Origin: Sphagnum compactum
Taxonomy: Eukaryota
Assembly: GCA_965153455.1 (NCBI GenBank)
Contig: OZ234493.1
Coordinates: forward strand, 31,672,213 to 31,736,212
Direction of reading: 5' to 3'
DNA length: 64,000 bases
A program made the translations under genes and the position numbers. Shown here in pieces: positions 26,347-39,587 of this stretch; positions within the stretch are counted from its first letter, which is position 1; each line of letters starts with the position of its first letter. The notes under the pieces are model-generated. The model saw only the letters and a list, made by a program, of their open reading frames with translations. It searched no databases and was not told where the DNA came from.

Positions 26347-26605
26347 AGGTTTACATTGCTTCCAGCCATCATCACAGTAATGTGCCGTAGTCACAACATT
26401 TGTTTTCATGCGTGTCCCATCTGCTCCACTGCAATGTGCCATAGTCACAACATTTGTTTTCATGTGTGACCCATCTGCTCCACTGCAATGTGCCATAGTC
26501 ACAACATTTGTTTTCATGTGTGACCCATCTGCTCCATTGCAATGTGCCATAGTCACAACATTTGTTTTCATGTGTGACCCATCTGCTCCACTGCAATGTA
26601 AACCT
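26347..26605. repeat. 54-bp x4 tandem array enclosed by a 13-bp inverted repeat (MITE-like)
   Basis: Units start at 26380, 26434, 26488 and 26542 (atgtgccatagtcacaacatttgttttcatgtgtgacccatctgctccactgca). aggtttacattgc (26347-26359) is the exact reverse complement of gcaatgtaaacct (26593-26605). Confidence 0.85.
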
Positions 26606-29290
26606 GAGCAAGCCCTGTTTTTAAAAAACCACAAGCAATCATGTATACAAAGTTGTGCAATTAGCCTCTACGCCGAAGCTCAACCTAACACAGTCAACCC
26701 AAACAAAGTTCAAAGGCATTCAACATATGTACAAATAAAGAATCTCTCTCACAAGAATCAAGAAATTTTCATTCTCCCGATTAAGAAAAAGCAAAGCAAG
26801 GTTAACACTTCTTCAATAAGTCACAGAGAATTCCCAAGAAGGAAAGACAAAAAAAAAAGAACAAAGGACCAAGAAACAGACACCAAAAAAGAACAGAAAA
26901 ACAAAATAAAACACTAAAAAAAGTATGAACAGTGCCAGTCTCACACCTGTTCAGGGACCATTGACAGTAGCATGTATGATAGTGACTTCTCTATCACAAC
27001 TTCCCCACTGACTTCATCAGCTCACTACAATCAGAAAAGACCAGTGAAAACACTAGCCTGCATAATGAGATTCTGCTGCAAATCTGGAAGCAACAGGAAG
27101 ACTCAGCCTTGCTACTGGCTAGCAACAAACAACACAAGGAGATAACAAAAAACAGAAAGACACGACAGGATAGACACACAGGAAAGGACAGCAGGGAAGA
27201 ACAAAGACCAAAGAAAGAAAGAGCAAGAGAAAGGATTTGCTGTTCCTCAGATACTTGAAAGATACCTTGTTGGGAGTGCCGTGCAACACCATCACACCGA
27301 ACCTGCTTTCAGAGGAGTTTCCAGAAGACATGAGAAAGGAGCGGTGTCTTGCAGGAGCTCCTTCCAAGGTGCTCCTTCAACCCTTAAGATAGTAGAAAAT
27401 GGCAATGAACCAGAAGGAACTAGATTGTGAGGCTGTTCAAGTGGCAGTCCAACTTATTTATTCTTCAAAAATTTGACCTCCAAAACTGTCGGAACAAAAC
27501 AATGGGAGATAAGAAGTCTAAAAGGTTTCAATGAAGAGTTTTGATATGCTGAAGTAGTCATCACATCTCTGAACCACGTACTGTGAAATCTCTGCAATGG
27601 GATAAGAGATGGATGATGGATGAAACCTGTGACTCAAGGAAAGATAACATTGACACCTGGGGAACAATAACCAGGCTGCAAATAGAGGCAAGGGCTCTCT
27701 GGATCTTTTCAAGCTCTTGCAAACAAAAAACACCTACTGAAAACATGACATTCAAGACAGAACTTTTCTAGATTCTCCACTCCCTCCCTTAGTATGTCTG
27801 TATGATCAATAACAACAACAAAAGCTATGATTTTGAAAACATGATGTCACACTTAAGTTCCATTGATTAAGCCACTTGCATATAATTGTCATACAATATC
27901 TTAGCTTGCTTGAGAAGAACAAATTTGCAGCTAACAAGGAAGTCAGAAAAGCAGCTCCAACTTCTGTGCACAAAAGCATCAAGTGTGAACTGAGGTATCT
28001 CAAGAGCTTCAACCTTGCCCATGACTATGCCTTTCCTCAACCTGGGTATATGAAGACCACATGCACCCCATCCCCAGACACTTGTAAAGCTTTCAGAAGA
28101 TCTGGCGATCCTTCACCTCGAAACTTATCATGTGTTGAAGGGAACAGTAATCCAGTGTTCCTTCAATACCACAGGTATGTTCACTTGCCAGCTCATATAT
28201 GGAATCTATCCGTCCTGCACACTTACCAGCAGACTATGTCAATGCCTTGGGTACTGTCCAGTCAAGCAACTCTGAACAGCACAGAAAGGAAAGCATCAGA
28301 AGGTAATGATAAGGAAATCCCCAGCCTGAGTAAGGCCAGCATCAGTCATCAAAGCAACTCTGGTGAAGGCAATTTGACTGGACAAAACAGATTTCAAGAC
28401 CCTCCTCATTCTCAAAGGCAAGTCTGATAAGTAATTTATCAAAAGAATAAAGAGAGTTCAAGAACCCTTCATCATTAGAGATCCCCCACTCCTTGAAGAT
28501 GTTGCTTGCAAAAGCCAGATGTTCAGAACATACAGGATAAATAAAAAGATTATCACACCAACCAAGCCAATCGTCCATGTCTTGGTCAAACCAAAACCAG
28601 ACCTCCTCACAGCACACTGCAAGCACCGAGAGTGATCAGATCATGCTCTGCAGCCTCAGAGAATACCTCATCAACCCCTCGGACCATGACAAGACCCTTG
28701 CCCTTCTCAGCACCAGGATCCACCATAGGCCACAACTTGCAACACCTGAGAAGTAATACCAAAACACACGTACCAAGAGCAGCCTTTGTAACCAATATAT
28801 GTTCCACCCAAATAGATTGACAGCTTACTCCAAGTTTACATGGATAAATCACAAGCTTCAAGAAATTCCATTAATGTGTTCCAATTTGGCTTGAAAGCAA
28901 ATAAATAAAAGCTTGAATGCAAAGGAAGCTCCTTAAGAGCAACACTTAGTTATCGCAACTGACAGGCATCCCGAACAAAAGCCAGTAAAGGAAATATAAC
29001 GCACTATTTACTACTTGAGATCACAGCTCACCACACTGAAGACAAAAGCTCAGGAAACCCATCAAGGTCTAGATCTTCATCTCCACATATAGCTTGACAA
29101 AACTCAGCTACAGTGCTTGGCAGCATTCTGCTCAAGTCCTACATTGCAAGGTTTCAAGTGTTGGGTCAATGTCAAATCTATATGATGATGTCCACTATGT
29201 CATTCTGAAAGTGTAAGTCTCATCTTGTCTTGTGTGGTTGGTGTTCAAAGTGTGATCATCAAAACCTTGAACTAGAGAGAAGTTCAAACC

Positions 29291-32228
29291 CTAAGTAACA
29301 ATGGTAGAATCCAATCGTTGCCGCATTTTATGTCCCAATGTGGTTTGTGCACAATCTATTGGTGTCTCTCCTGCAAAAGACATTTTATAGCAGTCAGAAG
29401 CACAACCAGAAATTATGTTGGTGTAGGCCAAAAATTGTTTACAAATCTGGTTCTCAGCTTGTTTTGATAGACATGTAAAATATAATAACATAGAGCAGAT
29501 CCCCACAAATCTATACCAAATACAATGATATACAAACAAGCAACAAGAGCACAGTTACTTGATTCAGACAGTTGCCATTATGTTTGATCAAGTGTACACT
29601 GTCTCTCCCTCTTCCATACCTTGAGCATTTTTTGCTTGCACGTTAGCTCCAGCATCCATCAGCATGAATGTGATCTCTGTGAAGTTGAACATTGCTGCCT
29701 GCAAGATACAAGTAAGGGAGCAACATAAGTACAAGTAATGACAACTCTGTTATCTGCATCACAAAATCCACAAACTCCAAACTCAGTACAAGGAAACAAG
29801 GTCACAAAGATCCTGGAGGACATGTAGAGAAAGGGCCTTACCAAATGAAGCAATGACATGCCTTGTTTGTCAAAGTAATTAGCATCCAGTCCCTGAAAAC
29901 AACACCCATTATTACATACACCATCAAGTATATAAACTGGTCATCAATCTTTAAAAAGCCCAGATGAGAGCTTGTAACAGATAAATACCTGAGAAAGAAG
30001 ATCTTTTACTGCTGCAACATCACCATTCTTAACCGCTTCTCGCAATCCCTGCCATATCACAAAATTTCCTAATCAGGCACATAATTTGATTCACAAATAT
30101 GGCATTAAATCAACAGCAGAATGCTAACAATGACGACCAGCACAGAAGCATTGGAGGCACCAGAAAACTGCTGATCCTGAACAAACCAACATTTCTAGGT
30201 CTAAACTGATATGCTGTACCTCTCCAGTGAGTTCATATGATTTCGATAGGGGATGACTGCTCCTCTGTGAGGTCTGGCCACTTTGGAAAAACAAGCTGCA
30301 CCCATAAAACTCATGATAGTCAGGTCCTATAAGCTCATCTGGAACTGAACAAACTCAACGATTGAGGTGCACAAAACAACATCATAATGGTTGTTTGAAA
30401 CATCATAGCTGGTACATTTTGCAGAAAACCCACACCTAGGCATAGTATTCCCATAAGATGACCCTGTTGACAACGAAGAGGAATCATTGTTTGCTGCCAA
30501 GGACGATCTCTTTGGTTTCACTGGGATGGCTGGTTGTGGCTGAGAAGGCAACACTACCTGGCAATAGAAGGACCAAGTCAGTCTTATTATAGACTATTCA
30601 CCCCAGGAAACTCCATGACACAAAAAGGCACAATACACATAACTATGAGATTGCAGAGAAATCTCCACAACACTTTGAAGGAACACAATAATGTGTACAG
30701 TCTTAACCTTATGACAAAGCTTCAGACCGCTGACTTCATCACAAATAGCAATGACAGGCTTATGACTACCCACCAACTTCATCAGCTCCCAATGGTGAGT
30801 TCATACAAGTACTTATATGAACACAAGATTTTCTGCCCAAAACTTTGGACAAACTAATATACAAAATCTGAATCTTGAGTTTCTGTCACATTTCTGGAAG
30901 CAGTGGGAAGACTTGGTCATGATGTTGGTTAGCAGTACTCAAGAGACATGGCTAAAAAGAACACTCACACTGGTATCCTCGTCTAAAGAGGGTACACTTC
31001 AACTCATTGTAGCTTATCCCTGTACAAGAAAACATCTAAGCCTAAGTCGCAGAAGCCTACATAGAGGGTGGTAGTTGGCAACTCCTGCACACTGAATATA
31101 TCCTTTACAAAAATGGTACAATACACAGTAGAGGCATGGTTCAGGACTTTCAGGATCAGCATTCAAGGTTTTCTTGTTACCACAATTGAGCTCAGTTGAA
31201 GTCCAATACATCATGACCAAAAAAATTGGAAGTTACCTCCGGAGTTGGAGCCGTGCATATACACAAAGGCATCCCACATGTGCAATCAAAGGCTGGGGTG
31301 GCTGGTGGGGCAGGTGCCTCATCTTCCACTTCTTTGTCAACAAAAGACGAATCCTTGGCCAAATTTAGTTTATCAATGGAAGTGCTTAGTCCATCAACAG
31401 CCTTGCTAACAGCCTGTATGTTGGGTTTTGGCTTAATCCTGGTACATATGGAACATGAATGCCGTCAAAAGCTAGCCTCAGTAATTCCATGTTTCTCTCA
31501 ACACCAGCAACACATAGAAAAAGAAACTAAAAAGGAATTGCCACTGCAGCATATGGGAGAGTACTTACTGGGCAGGAGTAGGATTGTAGCAGTTGTCACA
31601 AACTCGAACAGGTGAGTAGATCCCAAACTGAGGAAGAGCCTGCAGCAACAAAAAAAAAATAGCAGTAGCAACAAGCATGAAGAACCGCAACACATCCATC
31701 TGGATCAAGACAACAGCCTAGTAGTTCAGCCTCATGGCCTCGGCCATTTCTCCTTTAAATACTCTTAGATCCATCACAACCTTGGAAATCCGAACCTGTG
31801 AATTTAGTTAGGAAGCAGCAGAAACGGACTTGTACCTTTTGATTCGAGGAATGCTCGCTGCAGAGACTTCGTCCACAGCAACGACAATGATGCTGCACAG
31901 TAATGTGATTGTCAAATTTCTCAATGAAGCTGAACCTATAACAAATCGACTAACTATTCTTACCCTAACCAAATGCGCGAGCAAATGCTTCAAAATAAAA
32001 ACAAAACATCCCGTGCTGCGATTCAAAACGAAGACAAGAACAAAATAACGAACAAGAGAGATCTTCTACATCGACTAAGAAATAAGCGCATAGAGAGAGA
32101 GAGACAGACACACACACACACACACAAACAAACACATGCACAATCCATACCCTGCGCTTGAAGGTTGTGAAGTTACAGTTACAGACGCTGCACTGAGCCG
32201 CTTCCTGGTAAGGCGGAGGGTCGGCCAT
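29291..32228 (-). CDS. FYVE zinc finger + C-terminal ankyrin-repeat protein, 10 exons, 291 aa
   Basis: Exons 32228-32151, 31892-31836, 31639-31569, 31438-31237, 30557-30436, 30295-30220, 30048-29989, 29892-29842, 29698-29620, 29370-29291 (876 nt, phase-consistent). FYVE: CSVCNCNFTTFKRRHHCRCCGRSLCSEHS...VRVCDNC. Ankyrin: GLREAVKNGDVAAVKDLLSQGLDANYFDKQGMSLLHLAAMFN...GANVQAKNAQGETPIDCA. Confidence 0.95.
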
Positions 32229-32499
32229 GACACGCTCCTCTCCCTCGCAAAGACCTCTTAGAACCTCAAGAACCCTCACCACTCTGAGCTTCCGCTATCA
32301 ATTCAAGTTTTCGCCAAAGGAGAGAGCTATGCCTTCTTCAAAACGAATTCAATGCTTCCGATCAGCTCTTCGGTTGAAATCGAGCTTTCTGTATGAAAGA
32401 AAGTCTGCAGAACTCGAAGAGAAAACAAAAGAAATTCCACTGCGAGAGCGAGAGAGGGAAACACCATCGACGCTCGAAAGACGAGCTCTCACCCTACTT

Positions 32500-32885
32500 C
32501 TCTCCCGATTGAGGTCCCAAATCGAGATCCCATAATTAGGTCTTATAATGAGGTCCCATTCGAGATCTCAGAAACCAAGTCTTACAATGAGGTTTCAATT
32601 GAGATGTCAAAACCATTGTACTTTTCCACCACGGGAACTGTCCAGGGTAGATGGCATTCTGCCCAGTGAAATGCCCCCCCCCCCCCCCCGCCGGGTCTCT
32701 CCCGATTGAGGTCCCAAATCACGACTTATAATGAGGTCTCGTTTGAGATCTCAGAAACCAGGTCTTACAAGAGTTTCCTATTGAGATCTCAAAACGATGT
32801 TCCCCAAACATTGAGATCTCAAATCTGGTTGTACTTTTCCACCATGGAACCGTCTGGGTAGATGACGTTCTGCCCCAGTGGAAAA
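32500..32885. repeat. ~190-bp imperfect direct duplication with GAGATCTC palindromes upstream of the FYVE gene
   Basis: tctcccgattgaggtcccaaatc...gagatctcagaaacca(a/g)gtcttacaa...ttgtacttttccacca...gggtagatg occurs at ~32500-32670 and ~32697-32885. Confidence 0.75.
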
Positions 32886-33179
32886 TTCCCCTAAACTTTG
32901 GCGACCCTTTTTTTAAGGGTGAGGAAATTTTCCAAGCAAAAAAGCTAATAATATACCAGGCAGAATGGCAATCTGCGTGGGCAGTTCCGACACGTAATCT
33001 TTCATAAGTAGTAATTCATGTTTTACAAGGGATGAGTGTTTTCCATGTGCATTTTCTGCAAATTAAAGACACATAAAAGTGGCAAAAGTTGCTAATAACT
33101 AACTATTATGGATTAAAGAAAGGGTGTCATAGATGGCCGATTCTGCCACGTAAACCGTTAATGCGGCGAACCTTGACAA

Positions 33180-33665
33180 CTAGGTCTTACGCAAGGTGGC
33201 AACCTAATGCTAGGTTCGGACCAATTTTGGCTAGTTATTGAATTTTGACCTAGTTATCAACCCGGTTATCAACCCATTTATTGATAACCTACCATTTGGT
33301 TATTGAATTTTCAATAATCGGTTAATAACCTAATCGATCGATATTAAAATTTCAAAATTTAAATAACCTTGACAAATGACCTAGTTATCATCCAAGTAGG
33401 TTATCAATCCTAAAACACTTAACATTTTTATGATAGATAATTTTGAAAACATGAAAAATATTAATAAATTTAATTTAGCTAGTAAAAAACCCTATATAAG
33501 CAACTAATAATCAGCAAGATAACTAAGGGTTACCAACCGGTTATTTGGCCTACTTTTGTGCATTACTAGTGTTTATTAATTATCCCAAACTATTGATAAC
33601 CTAATTGGCACTCAAATATTTTACTATTTGATATTGATAATTTAATTAACACCCCAAAAAAAAAA
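33180..33665. repeat. Dispersed GGTTATC/GATAACC-rich repeat, copy 2 (more decayed)
   Basis: Colinear similarity to 4480-5175. Confidence 0.55.
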
Positions 33666-33866
33666 AAAAAAACCTACCTAATGACTATGAAAAAAATTCA
33701 ATAACTAGTGTCAACACTAGTTTAAGGCATGAAGATTGCAACATCATTAAACCTAAAAACAAGAAATAATGTTCAAACAATTATCGAAAGATTCTAAGAT
33801 TATTTATGGAACCTAGCAATCCAACAAATACATCTTTGAACCATTCTCATGGCCAACAACTACCTA

Positions 33867-34048
33867 TAATTACATATTGTAAAATTTTAATTTAAAAAAA
33901 CATAACTACATATTGTAGGATTTTAATTAAAAAAACATAATTACATATTGTAGGATTTTAATTAAGAAAAAAAATTACATATTGTAGGATTTTAATTAAA
34001 AAAACATAATTACATATTGTAGGATTTTAATTTTTTAAAAAAAATTAC
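33867..34048. repeat. ~35-bp x5 minisatellite
   Basis: Unit taattacatattgtaggattttaattaaaaaaaca repeated five times with minor variation. Confidence 0.9.
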
Positions 34049-34266
34049 AACGTATGCACTAGAAGGTTTTTGAACTTGGATTTATATGCAATTGATTGCA
34101 CTACAAATGGATGGGAGGCTACATAATTTTTTGAAACTAACCATGACCTAAAACAAATCATCCCTTCATGGCCATTAGATCTAGCCTTTGAATACTATTG
34201 TTAACAACACACAAATTCATGGAAAACCATATTCACCAGGATTTGTTGTTCACAAACAATTCATTA

Positions 34267-34392
<126 letters not shown>

Positions 34393-37300
34393 TCAACAAG
34401 AATAACAATTATTATTTTGTATTTGCTCTTCTTAACTTAAAGTCTAAGCTTCTTTGTCAATTACAAAATAATCTTTTTGGTAACTCAAATGTTATCAACC
34501 CACCTCTTATGACCATAATATTGTGTTATCAAAACATTTGAATACTATGTGGTTCCCCTTACTTACGTTAACCCAATCCTCAACCTTTATATTCACCAAC
34601 AATTTGAAATTACAAATCAACTTGTATTGTTGCAAAATGATGATGTTCCTTAGCATCAAATAAACATCATATTTGTGCTTTCGATTACCAATAATTTCCC
34701 AGTTCTTGTACTTTTATAATCTCACCTTTTAACACACACATTCAATAGTTCTTACATCTACAAACCCCCCATGGAAGAACTACATAAAAGAATGACCTTA
34801 AGAGGTTGGTTCTCATGGTTGAAAATAAAAGGCATTTATAATAAATGATTTGATACAAAACACAAAACAAAAGACAAATAACACAAATCAATGTTGGGAA
34901 AAAATAAAATTAAATGATGGCATTATGATTGTAACGCTCTTAGAAAACATGAGAGAATAATGAAACAACATTTCAAAGGATGCACAATTATTTAAAACAC
35001 ACATCATTAAAAAAGATAACACTAATGAAAGTTGAAAGCTTGAAAGCACCATGATGAAAACATCAACAAAAAAAACTAAAAAACAATAATGAAAAAAATC
35101 ACAAGAAAACATAGTGTCAACATCAAACATTAATCACAAATCAAAACACGTGAGCAACAGAATATAGAAAGCTTAATGAAACATCAAATAAAATAGTGAA
35201 ATGAAATGCAATGAATTGATGAAACAAGTAAGAATAGTGATGAGCAAAAGAAATCAAGAGCTTTGAAAGCTTTAAAGAGAATTCATGAACATAAGTGAAG
35301 AAGGAAAGGGGAGCTTGGGCTAGTATATGCATTTAATAAACAAAATTATTTTAATGTTCATCATGAACAGAGGTTGGCCTTTGGTGGCACCTAATTTACC
35401 TGTAATTAAAAAGTCACATAAAAATGAATGGTGATAGGTATAAAAATAAAATAGTATTAGTGAATTTTTAAGTGTTAGCAATGTTTTTAAACCCTAACTT
35501 TTAACCTAGTGTTAACTTAACTTTGAACTCTAATTTTGTGGGGCTACGTCAAAGTGTGAATGTAACACAAGTGACATTGGTAAGAAAGACCAAACCTTCT
35601 ACCTATGTTGGTTTTAGTTGCATTAGAAAAAATCTTGTCCATTCCAACCAAATTTTTATGACTATTATATGCAATTGTTGTCCAAACCAACTAAGTTTGT
35701 GACTATGTGTGTGTTAGTCCCACATGTCCATGTAGTTGCAAATAAAGATATTACATATGTGACTTTAGTATGGGTGCATCCACCTCCTAGATGTATTTGA
35801 AACTACATGTTACGACTATTGGACTTTTAATTGAAAATGTACGTAAAAAATTGACATACTTCATTTAGTATTGCTTACACCAATTGATGGATGATAACTT
35901 AATTATATTTGCAAGTACATTAGCATTTTTTGTAATTATTAAAATTTTATTTTCCCAATTGTATAAGGTAGCATACACCATACATGGTAGTACTAAAAAT
36001 TATCAATTTAATCTATTTATCCATGGGTCTTAGATTTGGTATTCCATGGGTTTTCTTTGCTATTTTTTTCATCTTCTTTGCTATTAGATCCATGGCAAAT
36101 AAATTTCAAACATCATTGAATAATTGAATGCAATGGGTATAACCATTGTTTTGAATATTATTCTAACCATTTTTCTAAACATTACCATCCATGTTCCAAT
36201 GTCCATTATCCATTAATAAAAAGACAACTAACCAAATCAACATTTTAACAACATGATATTAACCCGAAAATTGCGATTGCAAGCTTATGAACAAAGAACT
36301 TATGTTCTAAGAAATTGAAAAATTGCCATCAACAAATATATACTTCTGAAAACATAACGGAAAAAAGATGTCTTTTCAATATTGAATATGTTTGAAAATC
36401 ATATTGCAAAAAAACTCTTTGAATACTAAAACCTATTTGAATAGATATTGTTGAAAATTTGAAATCTATCTAAATCTATATGAAAATAATAATGTTGAAA
36501 AGATCTTTGAATACAAAAATGGCTAGGACCCTTATTGATAGTTAATCATTTTCTCAATAGTTGACAAGGTTGGTTTTCATCAATGTTAATATGATATATT
36601 AGGCATGCACTTGGTATCAACATTTGTATCAAGTATCGTACCAAGTTGAGGCAATACCAACAAGTAGTATGAATAATTGTCTAGCCTAAAGTAATATGAA
36701 ATATATATGAGGTAATACAAGCTTTGCACCAATGCATGTATTGTAAAGAGTAGGGACTTGAAGATTATTGGCTTCAAACCATGGCTCTATTAATTTGAAT
36801 ATTAATTTTTATATTTTTCATACTAACCAAAAATCAACATTGGACCTTAAGACTAGTACTAGGTTGCTACGAAAGTTTTAAAAGAAGATTGAATACTAAT
36901 ATTATATTGGTGTGTTCAAAAGTCAATACTAGTCCAATATTGATATATGCTTGTGTTATACCGGCCAAAAATCGGTATTCAACCTGACCCAATAACAAGA
37001 ATAGGCTAGTATGAGTTTTTAAAGACTACCCAAGTACTAAGACTAGGTTCATACGTTCGATACTAGACCAACATTGGTCTTTAGTAAATATTTGATCCAG
37101 GCCTTAAATAAAATTTCAATAAATTCTATTATTTAGTCATCACAATTTAATGGTGAAAAGGGAAGAATATATATATATATATATATATGTTGGAAAAATG
37201 ATGAAAAAATGGTGATTGTGTTATCTTCCAAGAAATTTTATTACTGAAAAAAAAATTCACAAAGGCATTATAATAACCATATGGTTATACGACGTACACC

Positions 37301-39587
37301 CAATATAAAATTATACAATAAATAAACTAACTTATGTTTGTGCTACCTAAATTTATTTTTTTCAAGTCTTTTTGTAATTTTGAAATCTAGCATAAATAAA
37401 TGATAAACTATTGGGAACCATATGGGACATAAGAGAAATAGAAGAAGAGGGGAGAAACCAAAGGTAGTTTTGATCAATTTGGAACCTTTGTAGCAAATGC
37501 ATTGCATGGAGAACATTAAACACCCCCATTCGGTGTAAAGTTTGTTACAAAAAGGACTATAGTTTTAGTACAAAAGGTTTGAGTAATATCTTGAAAAGTG
37601 AAAAAAATAAATACAAAAAGGTCCAAATCTTTTAAGGTATCAAAATTTTGTTAGAATTTAACCTTTTTTCACCATTTATGTATTTTGTCATACATAGGAC
37701 ACAAAGTGTATGACATTGATGGAATCTAAATATGTGCTAGATATGTTGAAGATACTATATTATAAAATATTTGACATTTTTTGATTCATTAATATTGATG
37801 GGCATCAAAATATAAGAAATTTTCTTTTCATAAAGTATTAGGTCCTTTTTCGTCATAAGTGGTACATCTTACAAATTTTTTGAATAAAATTAAACCTTGT
37901 TTTTTTTTCAAGAGATAGGAAGTAGGAAGTTAGATCCTATTTCCTTTCCAATGATGGGTTCGAATCCCATGAAAAGTTGTAAAACATAACACAAATTTTG
38001 TTTTTTTGCATAAAACATTAAAACATGAACCATGCAAGGCAAGAAATGACAAGGCCCATGAAGTTCGATGGGGGAACTATAATAACATCATGACAGATGT
38101 TAAACACTCTTTACCGAGCAAGGTTCTACACAAAGTGGTTAAGAATGCTTAGTTGCTAGGTGTCTAGTAGTTTAAGGCTTGATTGTTTTGACCCCATGCA
38201 CATAATTTAATTTTTAAAAAAAAAATACTCCTTTTTTTTGAATGTTTGGATCTATGTTGTTAGTTACTCTCAAAAAAAGAAAAAGAAATGTTAAATTTGA
38301 ATTCAACCTAGTTCACCAAATTCACCAAATTCTTATTATATGTCACAAAATTGGAAAAGGAGAGGAAAAAAAAAGAAAAATCCCTGCTTGGATGATATAG
38401 TTTGGAATAGAGAAATTTTTAAAAAAAAAGGAAATTCTTGCATCCAATTTCCTATTTACCTCACTGGATTTTTTAGAAATGTTGTAAAGGGTTTTTTATT
38501 TATTTATTTATTTATTTTCCCCCAGTAAAAGGAGTTCTCCAAACCAGCTGACAGCTAGGTGTCCTTTTTTCGCTATCCACCTACCTTTACTAGCCACGTG
38601 GAAAATGGCGTGTCAAAGGATCGAGTGCACTTTTTTGCCACCTGTCTTCATCTCGCGCTTCGCTGTCTTCTCGCGAACGCCGCTTTGTTGCCAAAGTCGG
38701 AAATTCCTTTCGTGATTCTGTTTTTGTGTTTTGTGGCGAAGTGTTTTGTGGGTGGGTTTTGGTTTTTGGCGTCGCTAGCCAGCGAGCGAGCGAGCGAACG
38801 AGCGGGGACGACGCACGCGATTATCTTGTGTCGTTACGAATTCTCGGCAGTTGTTTTTTTTGCAAAAAACATTTGGGGGCTGCACTTTGAACTCGTCTGA
38901 GCGCCCACCCATCAAACCACATCCGACAAAACCTTTTGACGAATTCAGGACGTAAGAGACTTGTGCCCTCCATTAGGGTTCCTGAACAGATCGGTTTCCG
39001 AAAGGATCTCGACAAGGTTAGAACTACTGGAACAAGAACAGGCATTTGAGGAAGCTTGTTGTAATTTGGGTTGGACACAGAAAGCGGTAATAAGAGAGTT
39101 TGATCTTCAAATCAATGCCATTTGGGATTTGACAGGAGGATCCGAGACGGAGGTGGATGGAGCTTTGAAGCAATAAAAGTGTCTACTGGGATCATTGGCG
39201 TGCTGCTGCTGCTGCTGCGGCGGATCCATTTTTGGAGTGAAGTTTTTTTAGAGAGAAAAAAATCATCACTACATGTGAATGGTTTTCTCACAACATACTT
39301 GAGCTTTCCTTCACAATGACGTAATTCTATTCGACAAACCAAAGAGTCGGAAGGCTCTCTGTCTGCAACATTGCGATTAGGGTTGTTTCCCATCTTTCAT
39401 TCTTTCCTTCTTTTTGAAGGGGAGAAGAGTATTAGGGTTTTCCTTTTGTTAAGAAGAAGAAGAAGAAGAAGTTAGGAGTTTCCTCGGCAAGTCTGTGATG
39501 CGTTCGAGTGGTTAAGGAGGAGCAGAAGAAGTGTTGGAGCTAAGCAAGAGTTTTTAATTTTTATTTTACGGGTGGGTTTCTTCTGAA

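Noticed and set aside
26293-26917. ORFs with 18-aa repeats (HCSGADGSHMKTNVVTMA etc.)
   Set aside because: The 54-bp unit is open in several frames on both strands by chance; no gene context.
34880-35335. A-rich, coiled-coil-like degenerate coding remnant
   Set aside because: Too many stops and no recognisable motif to support a call.
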